This document shows, in pieces, positions 13,401 through 22,903 of a DNA stretch of 64,000 bases. The DNA is taken from contig CBDBCZ010000017.1 in the NCBI GenBank assembly GCA_965203295.1, forward strand, positions 416,001-480,000. The letters run 5' to 3'. This stretch comes from Nitrospirales bacterium (GTDB lineage: Bacteria > Nitrospirota > Nitrospiria > Nitrospirales > UBA8639). The notes under the pieces were generated by a model. It worked only from the letters and a program-made list of their open reading frames with translations, had not been told where the DNA came from and did no database searches. A program made the translations under genes and the position numbers. Within the stretch, counting starts at the first letter, position 1, and each line of letters starts with the position of its first letter.

Positions 13401-14603
13401 GATGTAACCTTAATGTAATGGCAAACCTTGAAACTTGCAAAAAGTTGTTGGATTTCGAATACTCTCGCCCAGGTCTCGAAACGGGCAGAAGAGCGCCTTG
13501 CGGTCAAAGTATCCTACTAATACAGTCAATTCCAGAACTCCCAATGTGGCAGTGCCGTACACAATGAAGATTGATGGGAACTTCAATCTGAAAATATAGT
13601 TGGAAACATCTCAGAATCTTGAACACTGTTCCACATATCCGCCTGCTTAGTGTTACATGTAGGCCTAACCCCTTTCAAGAGTATAATATGCTATTTTAGT
13701 GTTATTTTCCAGCAAAATTACAATCTGTGGATGCTAATTACAAAATATTAAATTGTTTCTCATTAAATATCTATTATTACGGCCACAGAGTTGGAACACT
13801 GCAAGGCAGGAGAACACTCACACATTCTTGTAGTAGATGCAGGAGAGAACCAGGAGCACTGCTGCACCGATAAAGAAAACTGTAGCCATTATGATCACCA
13901 TCGCATCAATGGGAATGTAAGTGCCATAGGAGAATGCCTCCCACACTCCACACTCGGGCCTGCATATCCCATCCAGGTCCCGGTAGAAGCCACCACTGCA
14001 CAGTATTGGCTCGGGAAGACCTGCACTAGTTGTGTTCACTGAAATAAAGAGAGTAGCTATATTATACAACGTGCATGGTTGATACACTTGGTGTGCATGC
14101 ATGTGCTGTGCAAACTAATGTGTCGTGGGAAATAAGTAGGCATAATATTATTCACTGACAGCTATGAGCACTATTTTTTTATGGAAAATCAAGAGTTTTA
14201 TTTTTACAAGTGGAGTAAAAGCTTTTTTAAGGGAACAATGTTCTGCTGACTGTTATGCCTTATTGTATGGGTAAAATGAACCACATGCAGTCAGTCTTCA
14301 CAAGCAATACTCATGCACGATAACTTCCATTCAACTAGCATTCATGCAAGCTCACACGTACCAACGCACTCTTCGAATTCGTTTAGAGACACATCTGAAA
14401 ACTCATCACACTGTGGCAGCTGATTGGAGCCAAAAAGAGCATTAGCAGCAACAAACTCTAGTATTTTCCTCGTCACCTCTGCTTGGAGTATTGGTGGTAT
14501 TTGTATTGACAACTTCAATATTTGGATCCTACATAGATTGGAATCAGATCAATTTAGCGAATTCCTTAGCATCTGCATGCATGCTTTTTGCCTAGTCTCA
14601 CGG

Positions 14604-14923
14604 TGTAGATACGTAGAGCCCTTTCTTCGGTCTGACTTAGTAATATCGCTAGCACTCAGCAGAGAGACTTTCCAAAGATTGATTTTTTCTTTCTCCAAAA
14701 AATACAATGGCCAGTGGCCTATTTATATCCTCAAACACAGTGGTGGCATGATATGCACATGCAATGTGGCATGATATGCACATGGAATAGGATTGTTTGG
14801 TGGAACAATGGTTCAAAAAAGAACAATGAGCTAGCAGAGTCATAAGTCCAGAACATAAGCATGAGGTAATGTTACATCATACGAAGGTAAATGCATAGCT
14901 AATGAACAACTGTAAGTCCAACA
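14604..14923 (-). repeat. 3' LTR (320 bp)
   Basis: Direct repeat of 20627-20992; 2 copies of the 23-bp unit GTGGCATGATATGCACATGCAAT. Confidence 0.95.
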
Positions 14924-14970
14924 TACCGCCGGCCAAGACTGGATAGTCTTCAGAAATAAGTAACATGAGG

Positions 14971-17900
14971 TTAGTCCATATCGGAGAGTAGGAGCAATGC
15001 CAACTTGACCACCGGGCGAGTGTAGACTCCAGCGTCCGTCCTGACAGTGGCCACACGAACGAGATTGTCCTTTCCAGGATACACCTTGATGACGCGAGCC
15101 AACGGCCACTTAGTGGAGATTGCAGAATCTTCACGAAGTATCACTAGGTCACCAACACGAATGTTTCGTGAGGGATGGTGCCACTTGGTAAATCGTCCGA
15201 TGTGAGTTATATACTCCGTAGACCATCGTTTCCAAAAGTGACGGGTCAGGGCTTGACAGAGTTGCCAGTGCTTCAGTAGAGAGAGCGAGTCAGGATAGGT
15301 GATTGATGAATCAGGAAGTGCTTTGAGCGGTCGCCCAATGAGGAAGTGTCCTGGGGTCAGAGCTTCGATTCCTTCATCACCGTCAGGTAGTGGTACAAGC
15401 GGTCTGCTGTTAAGGCAGGCTTCTATTTGTGTGAGCACTGTAGAGAACTCTTCAAAAGTGAGTTTCACATCGCCTACCACTCGTCTGAGGTGTGTCTTCA
15501 TAGATTTGACAGCTGCTTCCCAGAGGCCGCCGAAATGAGGAGCATGTTGTGGGATGAACTTCCAGGTTATATTCTGGGCGGAGAGGAAGCTAGCCACGGC
15601 ATCTTGGGTCCTTTGTTCTTGCAGGAAATGGTAGAGTTCCTTAATCTCGCGTGCAGCTCCAACAAAATTGGTCCCCCAGTCGCTCCAAATGAGCGAAGGA
15701 CAGCCACGACGAGCGATGAATCTTCTGAGACAGGCAATGAATGCGTCTGAAGTGAGATCTGAGACTAATTCCAAGTGGACGGCTTTCACAGTGAGGGATA
15801 CGAAAACACTGACATAGGCTTTCACGATAGTTGGCTTCCGTACGTAACCGTACTTGATTAGCACAGGGCCAGCGTAATCAACACCAACCTTGTCAAACAC
15901 AGGACCAGGTGTGACACGTTCGATTGGGAGCTGACCAAACATCTGAGGTTGAGGTTTGGCGGAGTAGCGACGACAGGTGATGCACTTACGCGTGACGGAG
16001 CGAATGACCTTTCGTCCTCCAACAATGTGGTAACGAGTGAGAGAAGCAGCCAGCAGGGTCGGACCTGCATGCAGTAGTCGAGTGTGTTCTGAGCGAATGA
16101 TAAGTCTTGTTAGAGGATGCTTCCCATGAAGGATAACTGGGTGCCGAGATCCATACAAGGACTTGGAGAGCTGTCGTCGACCACCAACGCGAAGTACGTT
16201 TGAGGAGTCGATGAATGGATGTAGAGACAAGAGGGGACTTGATGAGCTCAGGGAACACTTCTTGCTCAGTGCTTGTATCTCGTTCTCAAAGTGTGAATGC
16301 TGGATTATTTGTATCCAGTAACATTCGGCCTTGTGCAATTCTTCAGCTGAGAGGGGAGATGAAAGCCGGTTGCTTCGTTCACGACAGTTCTTCAAGAATC
16401 GAAGTGCCCAGGCTGTAACACGCTTCAGCTGGTTGAAGCTAGAGTAGCGATCAAGAGGTATGATGGGTGATACTGGAGTAGTAGTCACATGGAGCGATAC
16501 CTCTCTCTCCTCTTCAGATGATTCATTCGGTGGGAGAGTTGGCTGCTTCGGCCAATCTGCCGGTTGTAGCTTGAGCCAGGTTGGACCGTTCCACCAAAGT
16601 AGGTGTTGTAGGAGCTCAGAAGGATTGAGACCTCTCGAGGCACAATCGGCGGGGTTGTCCAGGCCACTCACATGATTCCATTTAGTAGGGGGAATGAGGT
16701 CCACAATGGCCGAGATTCGGTTGCCCACGTATGTCTTGAAACGTTTTGGACTTCCATCCAGCCAATTGAGGACAATGGTGCTGTCGGTCCAAGCACAAAC
16801 GTGAGAGAGAGGAACTTTGAACACTTGTCTGACATGGTGGAGGAGTTGTGCCAAAAGGTGTGCTCCACATAGCTCAAGACGAGGGATGGTCAATCGCTTG
16901 ATAGGTGCTACCTTGGTTTTTGATGTCACCAAGGAGATCTGAGCATCATTGGCAGTGTCAGTGAGGCGGAGGTAAATCACGGCGGCATAAGCGAGCTCTG
17001 AAGCATCACAGAATCCATGCAATTCGACTGAGGAGACACGAGTTGCCTTGTCGAAATGGCATCGAGGGATGTGTTTTTCGGAGAGAAGGTGGAGCTCTGA
17101 GCGCCACTGGAACCAGGTGTCCTTGATATGCGATGGTACAGGATCATCCCAACTGACTTTCTGCTCCCAAAGGTGCTGCAGTAGAATCTTCACCTTGATG
17201 GTGGAAGGGGAAAACCATCCAAAGATGTCAAACGTCTTGGCGATGTCGGACACCAGAGCACGCTTGGTGATGGTGTCGAGTGGTGGTGGGTCGGAGATGG
17301 TCAATCGGAAGTGATCCTTAGTAGCATTCCACTCGATACCCAGTGTCTTGGTGTACTCACCAGAGGTAGGCATCATGTGCATGGATTGACATTCCTTCAG
17401 GTCAGTAGGGAGGTGTTGCAAAACACTTGGATTGCTTGAATTCCACTTGCGCAGAAGAAAGTCTCCCTTGGAGAAGAGGTCTTGTAGCTGCCCTTGCAGC
17501 TCGATGGCTTCTTGAACAGAGTCGGCTCCAGTGAGGCCGTCGTCGACGTAAAAGGACTTCTTCACTACCTCAGCAGCTAGTGGATATTCCATAGCGAAGT
17601 CGAGAGCATTCTGTTTCACGGCCATGTTGGCGGCGAATGACGAGGCTGAGACTCCAAATGTCACTCTAGTCATTCGGTAATCCAGGAGGGGCTCATCAGG
17701 GCTTCTTCTCCACACAAATCTATGAAGATCGCGATCAGGTGGAACGAGCTCAACAGCTCGATACATCTTGCTGACGTCTGTGGTCAGGGCAACACGATGG
17801 AGTCGGAACCTCAGTAGGACATCTATCAGTGATGGGTGGACAGTCGGCCCCACGAGGAGCGTATCATTCAGAGAAACACCGGTGCTCGATTTGGCAGGAG

Positions 17901-20448
17901 CATCAAACACGGCTCGTAACTTGGTGGTGGTGCTGTGCTCCTTCCTGACAGCGTGCATGGGTAGGTAGAAGACTTCCTGAGGAGATTTCTGTAGATCAGC
18001 TACTGGGACGAGCTCTGCGTGTTGCATCTCGAGATACTCCTCCATCACAGCAGCAAACTCTGGGAATTGATCCTTTGAATGCAGGGAGCGTTCCAGCGAG
18101 AGGAATCTCCGGACGGCTTGGGATATGGATTCTCCAAGGGGTTTTGCCTGTGGATTCTTCGGGAGAGGAACAACGAACCTCTCAGAGCCTCTACGGGTGT
18201 GTGTTTCAGAGAAGTGCTGCATGACGGAGCGTTCTTCAGGGGAACGGTTGCAGTCTTCCCTAGGGTTCTCCTCAATTTCCCAAAAACTGCGAAGGATGTC
18301 GTCACCAGAAGCAACAGCGACGTGGTGAGAGGCAGCGATACGGGGAGGTGATGTGGATGTACCGGCCCTTCCAGCAAGGACCCATCCAAACTTGGTCTCG
18401 AATGCAGTGGGAGTACCAGGCGGTCCATTCCGCCGGCCATGCAGAAGTACGTCAGCATAGATGTCTATGCCGAGGAGGAGATCAATCTTTCCGGGACATC
18501 CAAAGTCAGGATCAGCGAGGTGCAAATCGGAAAGGTGTGTCCATTTTGAGTCCTGATGAACTGGTTGGAGGGGTAGATTGCAGGTGACATGAGGCAGCAC
18601 AACTGCAGTGACTCGAAGCTTCTCATTGGGTGAGGAGACAGCAGCAACATCGAAGGTGGTAACCGAGTGAAGAGGAGATTGATGAGACAGTCCAGCGACA
18701 CCCGAGATCTTCATGCTCTGAGATGATCGTGGCAGACGGAGAGCTTGAGCCAGTCTTTCGGATACAAAGGAGGTCGACGACGCACAATCAAGGAGAGCAC
18801 GAGCCCTCATGCAGGATCCATCAGGGCCGTTGATGACAACTTGGCATGTCATGAGGAGAGTGCTGGAGGTGCAACCAGCCTGCGCATTAGTAGCAATCAC
18901 AGGACCAATGGTGGACACATGAGACTGTTGTTCAGGTGGAACACTTTCTTTCACTTCGGTGTGAATGAGCGTGTGGTGTGGTCTCTGGCATCTCCTGCAT
19001 CGATTGAAGCTGCTGCATTGCCTTGAGAGGTGACCGGGCCTCAGGCAGTTCAAACACAGGCCATTAGAACGAATGGTGGCAATCATCTTGTCATGTGGCA
19101 ATGATTTGAAGCGAGGACAAGCATAGAGTGGGTGTTTTTCGGACTTGCACAAGACGCAATTGGTAGCTGTTTCAGAGGCGTTCACAGCAAGGGATGCAAC
19201 AGCTCTGTTGATTGGAGGCCTCTTGGTGGAGTGAGCTTCGCTGCGTGGGATCTTCCTCGTCTCAGACGTACAGGTTTCGGAAGCTTGGGCTCGAAGGTTG
19301 AGGAATTCCAGTAGCTTCGTGTAGTGTGGGACGCTCTCGGAATCTTGGCTAAACTTCTGCCATTCAAATGTCGTGCTGGGGTCCAATTTCAATTCCAGTA
19401 GTGAAGTGACAAAAGACCCAGAGGGCTCCTGGCCCATGGCCTTGAGTGCACGCAGATGCTGTTGTACAGTATCGTGCAAGCGTCTCAGCTCCTTGCCGGT
19501 GCCCTCCCTCATGCCGGGAACTTCGTATATCTTTCGGACGTGGGTCTGGTGAATGAGTCGCGGGCGGCTGTAGCGTGACTTGAGAGATTCGATGGCTTCA
19601 GCATACTGCTCCCCAGATCGAGACAAACCTTCGATTACGGACTTCGCTGAACCGTCCTTCAGGGAGTGACGTAGGTACACCAGTTTCTCGGCATCAGAGA
19701 TGCTAGTGCGATCATGTATGGCAACAGAGAACTGCTCCCAAAAGGTCTGCCAATGCAGGATGTCGCCGTCAAACATTGGGACGTCGATCTTGGGTAGCTT
19801 GACTCCTCTGGTCTTGGCTGTTGGAGTAGTCGACTCAGGCATGCATAGCCGTCTCATGATCTCGAGGGACATGTCAAATATCGCTTGATCCATCTTCAGA
19901 ACCGCTGTATTCAGGTCATCTGATTCATCTGTCTTTATGGACAGAACCTCGGTACGTACGACTCCAAGCTCCCGCTTGCAGTCCAAGAGCTGCTCCTGAT
20001 AGGCGTGGACCAGGTGAATCTCACTAGGACTTCCAGTGAGCTTGCCGATGGCAGCGTTGAGGGTGGAGAGTTTGGTCTCCAGCTGGGACAAGCGGCGTGT
20101 AATGATGACTCGACTTTCCAGGTCTGTGCTAGGTGTACAAGCTCTGGTCAATAGTTCCAGTCGGTACGCGAGAGAAGCGACTTCATCATCGTGGGTGTCA
20201 AGGATCTCTTGCTCTTGGGCTAGACCGTCCGTGTCGTTATCTTTCATCGCGTCTATCACGGCCAAGTGATGTGTTTTGAAGTCCGCGCTGAGGGCTTCCA
20301 ATCTTTGCGACATGCGGTGGGCGAGGCTTGGCGTTGAAGGTTCGTGAACCTTCCCTTCCAGCTCACTAAGGCGAGTGGCGATACGAGTAACAGAGGCGCG
20401 CACGACGCCCCTTCTTCGTCTGAGTGTAGCGACATCTGCTTCGCTCAT
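14971..20448 (-). CDS. BEL/Pao gag-pol polyprotein (~1825 aa, uninterrupted)
   Basis: KLPKIDVPMFDGD gag motif, three Cys/His knuckles, protease ALLDCASS, RT FYVDD, RNase H HGFCDAS, integrase HHCC and DYAGP/SDWGTNF/WEAAVKS, in BEL/Pao domain order. Confidence 0.97.
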   Translation of the reverse strand: MSEADVATLRRRRGVVRASVTRIATRLSELEGKVHEPSTPSLAHRMSQRLEALSADFKTHHLAVIDAMKDNDTDGLAQEQEILDTHDDEVASLAYRLELLTRACTPSTDLESRVIITRRLSQLETKLSTLNAAIGKLTGSPSEIHLVHAYQEQLLDCKRELGVVRTEVLSIKTDESDDLNTAVLKMDQAIFDMSLEIMRRLCMPESTTPTAKTRGVKLPKIDVPMFDGDILHWQTFWEQFSVAIHDRTSISDAEKLVYLRHSLKDGSAKSVIEGLSRSGEQYAEAIESLKSRYSRPRLIHQTHVRKIYEVPGMREGTGKELRRLHDTVQQHLRALKAMGQEPSGSFVTSLLELKLDPSTTFEWQKFSQDSESVPHYTKLLEFLNLRAQASETCTSETRKIPRSEAHSTKRPPINRAVASLAVNASETATNCVLCKSEKHPLYACPRFKSLPHDKMIATIRSNGLCLNCLRPGHLSRQCSSFNRCRRCQRPHHTLIHTEVKESVPPEQQSHVSTIGPVIATNAQAGCTSSTLLMTCQVVINGPDGSCMRARALLDCASSTSFVSERLAQALRLPRSSQSMKISGVAGLSHQSPLHSVTTFDVAAVSSPNEKLRVTAVVLPHVTCNLPLQPVHQDSKWTHLSDLHLADPDFGCPGKIDLLLGIDIYADVLLHGRRNGPPGTPTAFETKFGWVLAGRAGTSTSPPRIAASHHVAVASGDDILRSFWEIEENPREDCNRSPEERSVMQHFSETHTRRGSERFVVPLPKNPQAKPLGESISQAVRRFLSLERSLHSKDQFPEFAAVMEEYLEMQHAELVPVADLQKSPQEVFYLPMHAVRKEHSTTTKLRAVFDAPAKSSTGVSLNDTLLVGPTVHPSLIDVLLRFRLHRVALTTDVSKMYRAVELVPPDRDLHRFVWRRSPDEPLLDYRMTRVTFGVSASSFAANMAVKQNALDFAMEYPLAAEVVKKSFYVDDGLTGADSVQEAIELQGQLQDLFSKGDFLLRKWNSSNPSVLQHLPTDLKECQSMHMMPTSGEYTKTLGIEWNATKDHFRLTISDPPPLDTITKRALVSDIAKTFDIFGWFSPSTIKVKILLQHLWEQKVSWDDPVPSHIKDTWFQWRSELHLLSEKHIPRCHFDKATRVSSVELHGFCDASELAYAAVIYLRLTDTANDAQISLVTSKTKVAPIKRLTIPRLELCGAHLLAQLLHHVRQVFKVPLSHVCAWTDSTIVLNWLDGSPKRFKTYVGNRISAIVDLIPPTKWNHVSGLDNPADCASRGLNPSELLQHLLWWNGPTWLKLQPADWPKQPTLPPNESSEEEREVSLHVTTTPVSPIIPLDRYSSFNQLKRVTAWALRFLKNCRERSNRLSSPLSAEELHKAECYWIQIIQHSHFENEIQALSKKCSLSSSSPLLSLHPFIDSSNVLRVGGRRQLSKSLYGSRHPVILHGKHPLTRLIIRSEHTRLLHAGPTLLAASLTRYHIVGGRKVIRSVTRKCITCRRYSAKPQPQMFGQLPIERVTPGPVFDKVGVDYAGPVLIKYGYVRKPTIVKAYVSVFVSLTVKAVHLELVSDLTSDAFIACLRRFIARRGCPSLIWSDWGTNFVGAAREIKELYHFLQEQRTQDAVASFLSAQNITWKFIPQHAPHFGGLWEAAVKSMKTHLRRVVGDVKLTFEEFSTVLTQIEACLNSRPLVPLPDGDEGIEALTPGHFLIGRPLKALPDSSITYPDSLSLLKHWQLCQALTRHFWKRWSTEYITHIGRFTKWHHPSRNIRVGDLVILREDSAISTKWPLARVIKVYPGKDNLVRVATVRTDAGVYTRPVVKLALLLLSDMD

Positions 20449-20459
20449 CGTCAACAGCT

Positions 20460-20599
20460 GACTCAGAGGGTAGGGGGATTCCTTAGAAAGGACCAGTAGA
20501 CAATCGTCGGCACTGCACTGAGTTCGTTACAGGTGACTCAGAGGGTAGGGGGATTCCTTAGAAAGGACCAGTAGACAATCGTCGGCACTGCACTGAGTT
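20460..20599. repeat. 75-bp-period tandem duplication in the BEL 5' leader
   Basis: GACTCAGAGGGTAGGGGGATTCC...GCACTGAGTT starts at 20460 and 20535. Confidence 0.85.
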
Positions 20600-20608
20600 T
20601 GTTAGTGC

Positions 20609-20626
20609 ATCCGGCTCGAAGGACCA
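20609..20626 (-). promoter_or_regulatory. Primer-binding site (tRNA-Tyr type)
   Basis: Minus strand TGGTCCTTCGAGCCGGAT directly after the LTR end; typical BEL/Pao PBS. Confidence 0.8.
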
Positions 20627-20992
20627 TGTAGATACGTAGAGCCCTTTCTTCGGTCTGACTTAGTAATATCGCTAGCACTCAGCAGAGAGACTTTCCAAAG
20701 ATTGATTTTTTCTTTCTCCAAAAAATACAATGGCCAGTGGCCTATTTATATCCTCAAACACAGTGGTGGCATGATATGCACATGCAATGTGGCATGATAT
20801 GCACATGCAATGTGGCATGATATGCACATGCAATGTGGCATGATATGCACATGGAATAGGATTGTTTGGTGGAACAATGGTTCAAAAAAGAACAATGAGC
20901 TAGCAGAGTCATAAGTCCAGAACATAAGCATGAGGTAATGTTACATCATACGAAGGTAAATGCATAGCTAATGAACAACTGTATGTCCAACA
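20627..20992 (-). repeat. 5' LTR (366 bp)
   Basis: 4 copies of the 23-bp unit; one further substitution seen relative to the 3' LTR (GTATGTCC vs GTAAGTCC). Confidence 0.95.
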
Positions 20993-22903
20993 CACGGGCC
21001 AGACTTCACTTCACTTCACTAGTTCACAAGATCCTTGAAAGTGAAGTCTGGCCCGCAAGACTAGCTTTTTAATATGATATGGTTGAGAAGTGGGGCATTG
21101 GCATGCAGGCTTAATAGTAGACTAAAATTTATATGCTAAGCCGTACTAAAGGCTTGAATAGCCTGGGGATACAAGCTGTTACAGACAGTACGTTAGTATG
21201 TACATAATTTTGTGTAGGGAATGCAGGCCCATGTGCATTCGTGAGCTAGTGAATAGCTTACAAATGAAGCACTGTAGCCAGCTCTAAACCCAACGGTTAG
21301 CCTCCTAGCCCCTCACCAAACCCTCACCCAACCCCAACCCCAACCCTAACCCTAACCCTAACCTAACCCAAACCCTAAAAATAAGTGGATGCTAATGTTT
21401 TGTCTCTAACGGAAATTCTTGGGATGAATTTGATCAGAGACAGTATGAACCCGTACCTCGGTTAAATCAACGATTCTGAACACAGCTGGTAGCGACAGTA
21501 GTCCCCAGAGAACGACGAGCACTACACACAACACCGCTATATCAATACGTTTCCTGTAATTGGCTCCGGGTTTTGCCGCCCGTTCTTCGGCAGATGAAGT
21601 GGTCAGAGACACTTTGTAACTTTGCAAGGTCTTCAATCCGATTTCTACCGAGGTATCCATGATCCAAGCGTTTTATAGCGCCAGGCACCACGCCCACCAA
21701 ATTTCGCTTATTGGGGCACTAATCTCGTGCCCAGACGGTATGGGCACGAGACTATTGGCGCACGAGGGCTTACTAATTCACTAGCACTGTCATTTGACGC
21801 ATAATGACGCGCACCATGCTCAGCTCTATGAAAATGCACAAGAATGAAGTTGCATGCATAATCTATAGAGTCTCATATTGCCTCCAATTATTGCCCACTG
21901 GAGTTTGATGAACTTTGTACCCCATGTGCACTTTCTAGGATGAATAATTATACTTACGTTAATACTCCACTAAAATTTAATGCCCATGCATCTTGAGATC
22001 TGAAATGTTAAGTAGCTGTGGACGTTAGGGATCTTGTTATAAAACTATAGTGCTAATAATTAACCACCTCACACAAGTAAGTAAGTATTGCATACTATTT
22101 TTATAACTCAGGAGTACACATACGTACTTCTAAGTCATTCACATACTGTGATAGGCTTACACATGGATAGGCTATATACCACAAAACTAGTGTGCACGAT
22201 CCGGTGTGTTTACAAGTATTAATCACAGTCAAATCAATGGTCTTCAATAATCACAGCACAAACTGGCGCTCCTTCGATATCACAGAAAATGATATAAAAC
22301 GAAATAAAATATTATTCTAGAGAATTGATGTAAAGGAAACCAACATTAAGCAACATCCTCGATAATCCTAACCTGTACAGGAAAATCATATAATCAACAT
22401 AAAATTAAAGTGTGAAAGTCAACACAACAAATGTTCTAGAAAACTTAGGGCAAGCTGTACAAAATTCAACTAAATAACTACTGTAACAGTAACCAAACAC
22501 AGAAATACAGCATGATCCAGTCAGAATGATATCAGTAATACAGTGTGAGGTAAGTATAGGTAACCAATACAACATCTTACCTACTACATGTGTTGTATAC
22601 ATTTTAATAGAGACAAAACAGGAAATAACCAAAACCACAGTGATACATTAACCTAACACTTGCACAATAATAAGGAATCTCAATGTTTTAGGTCACTGAA
22701 ACGAAAAACAGTAAGTATTTCAAAAACACATTTTAGTTAACTTGCTTGGGAATAAACTACAACTACTTTTTCATCTTAATTAGTTACGGTTAATTTAAAC
22801 TAAAAGTGTCCAGTAAGCCATTTTTCTGCTTAGTTGGCTAACTAAAACTAAAACTATACTGTTGTTCCTTAATAGCTAATAGAAGCCATTCTAAAACAAC
22901 ATA

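Larger units (their letters stand above)
14604..20992 (-). mobile_element. Full-length BEL/Pao LTR retrotransposon
   Basis: TG...CA LTRs 14604-14923 and 20627-20992; 5-bp TSD CACGG (14599-14603, 20993-20997); PBS TGGTCCTTCGAGCCGGAT next to the 5' (right) LTR; purine-biased GGCCGGCGGTA before the 3' LTR. Confidence 0.97.
11734..21660 (-). pseudogene. Receptor G3, disrupted copy
   Basis: Exon 1 21457-21660; BEL element in intron 1; exon 2 14362-14528 has a 311-bp frameshifting deletion (junction ~14458); exon 3 13822-14038; exon 4 13427-13587; extra G1-type partial exon 5 fused to a partial exon 4 at ~13040; exon 5 12419-12793 has a 4-bp insertion at ~12631; exon 6 11734-12111. Confidence 0.85.

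Noticed and set aside
14840..20269. Numerous short ORFs overlapping the retrotransposon on both strands
   Set aside because: Shadow frames of the GC-rich gag-pol ORF; no env-like or accessory ORF evident
20763..20852. CRISPR-like array (23-bp repeats), and likewise the spacer modules at 31-55 kb
   Set aside because: Head-to-tail repeats with no unique spacers, eukaryotic context and no cas genes
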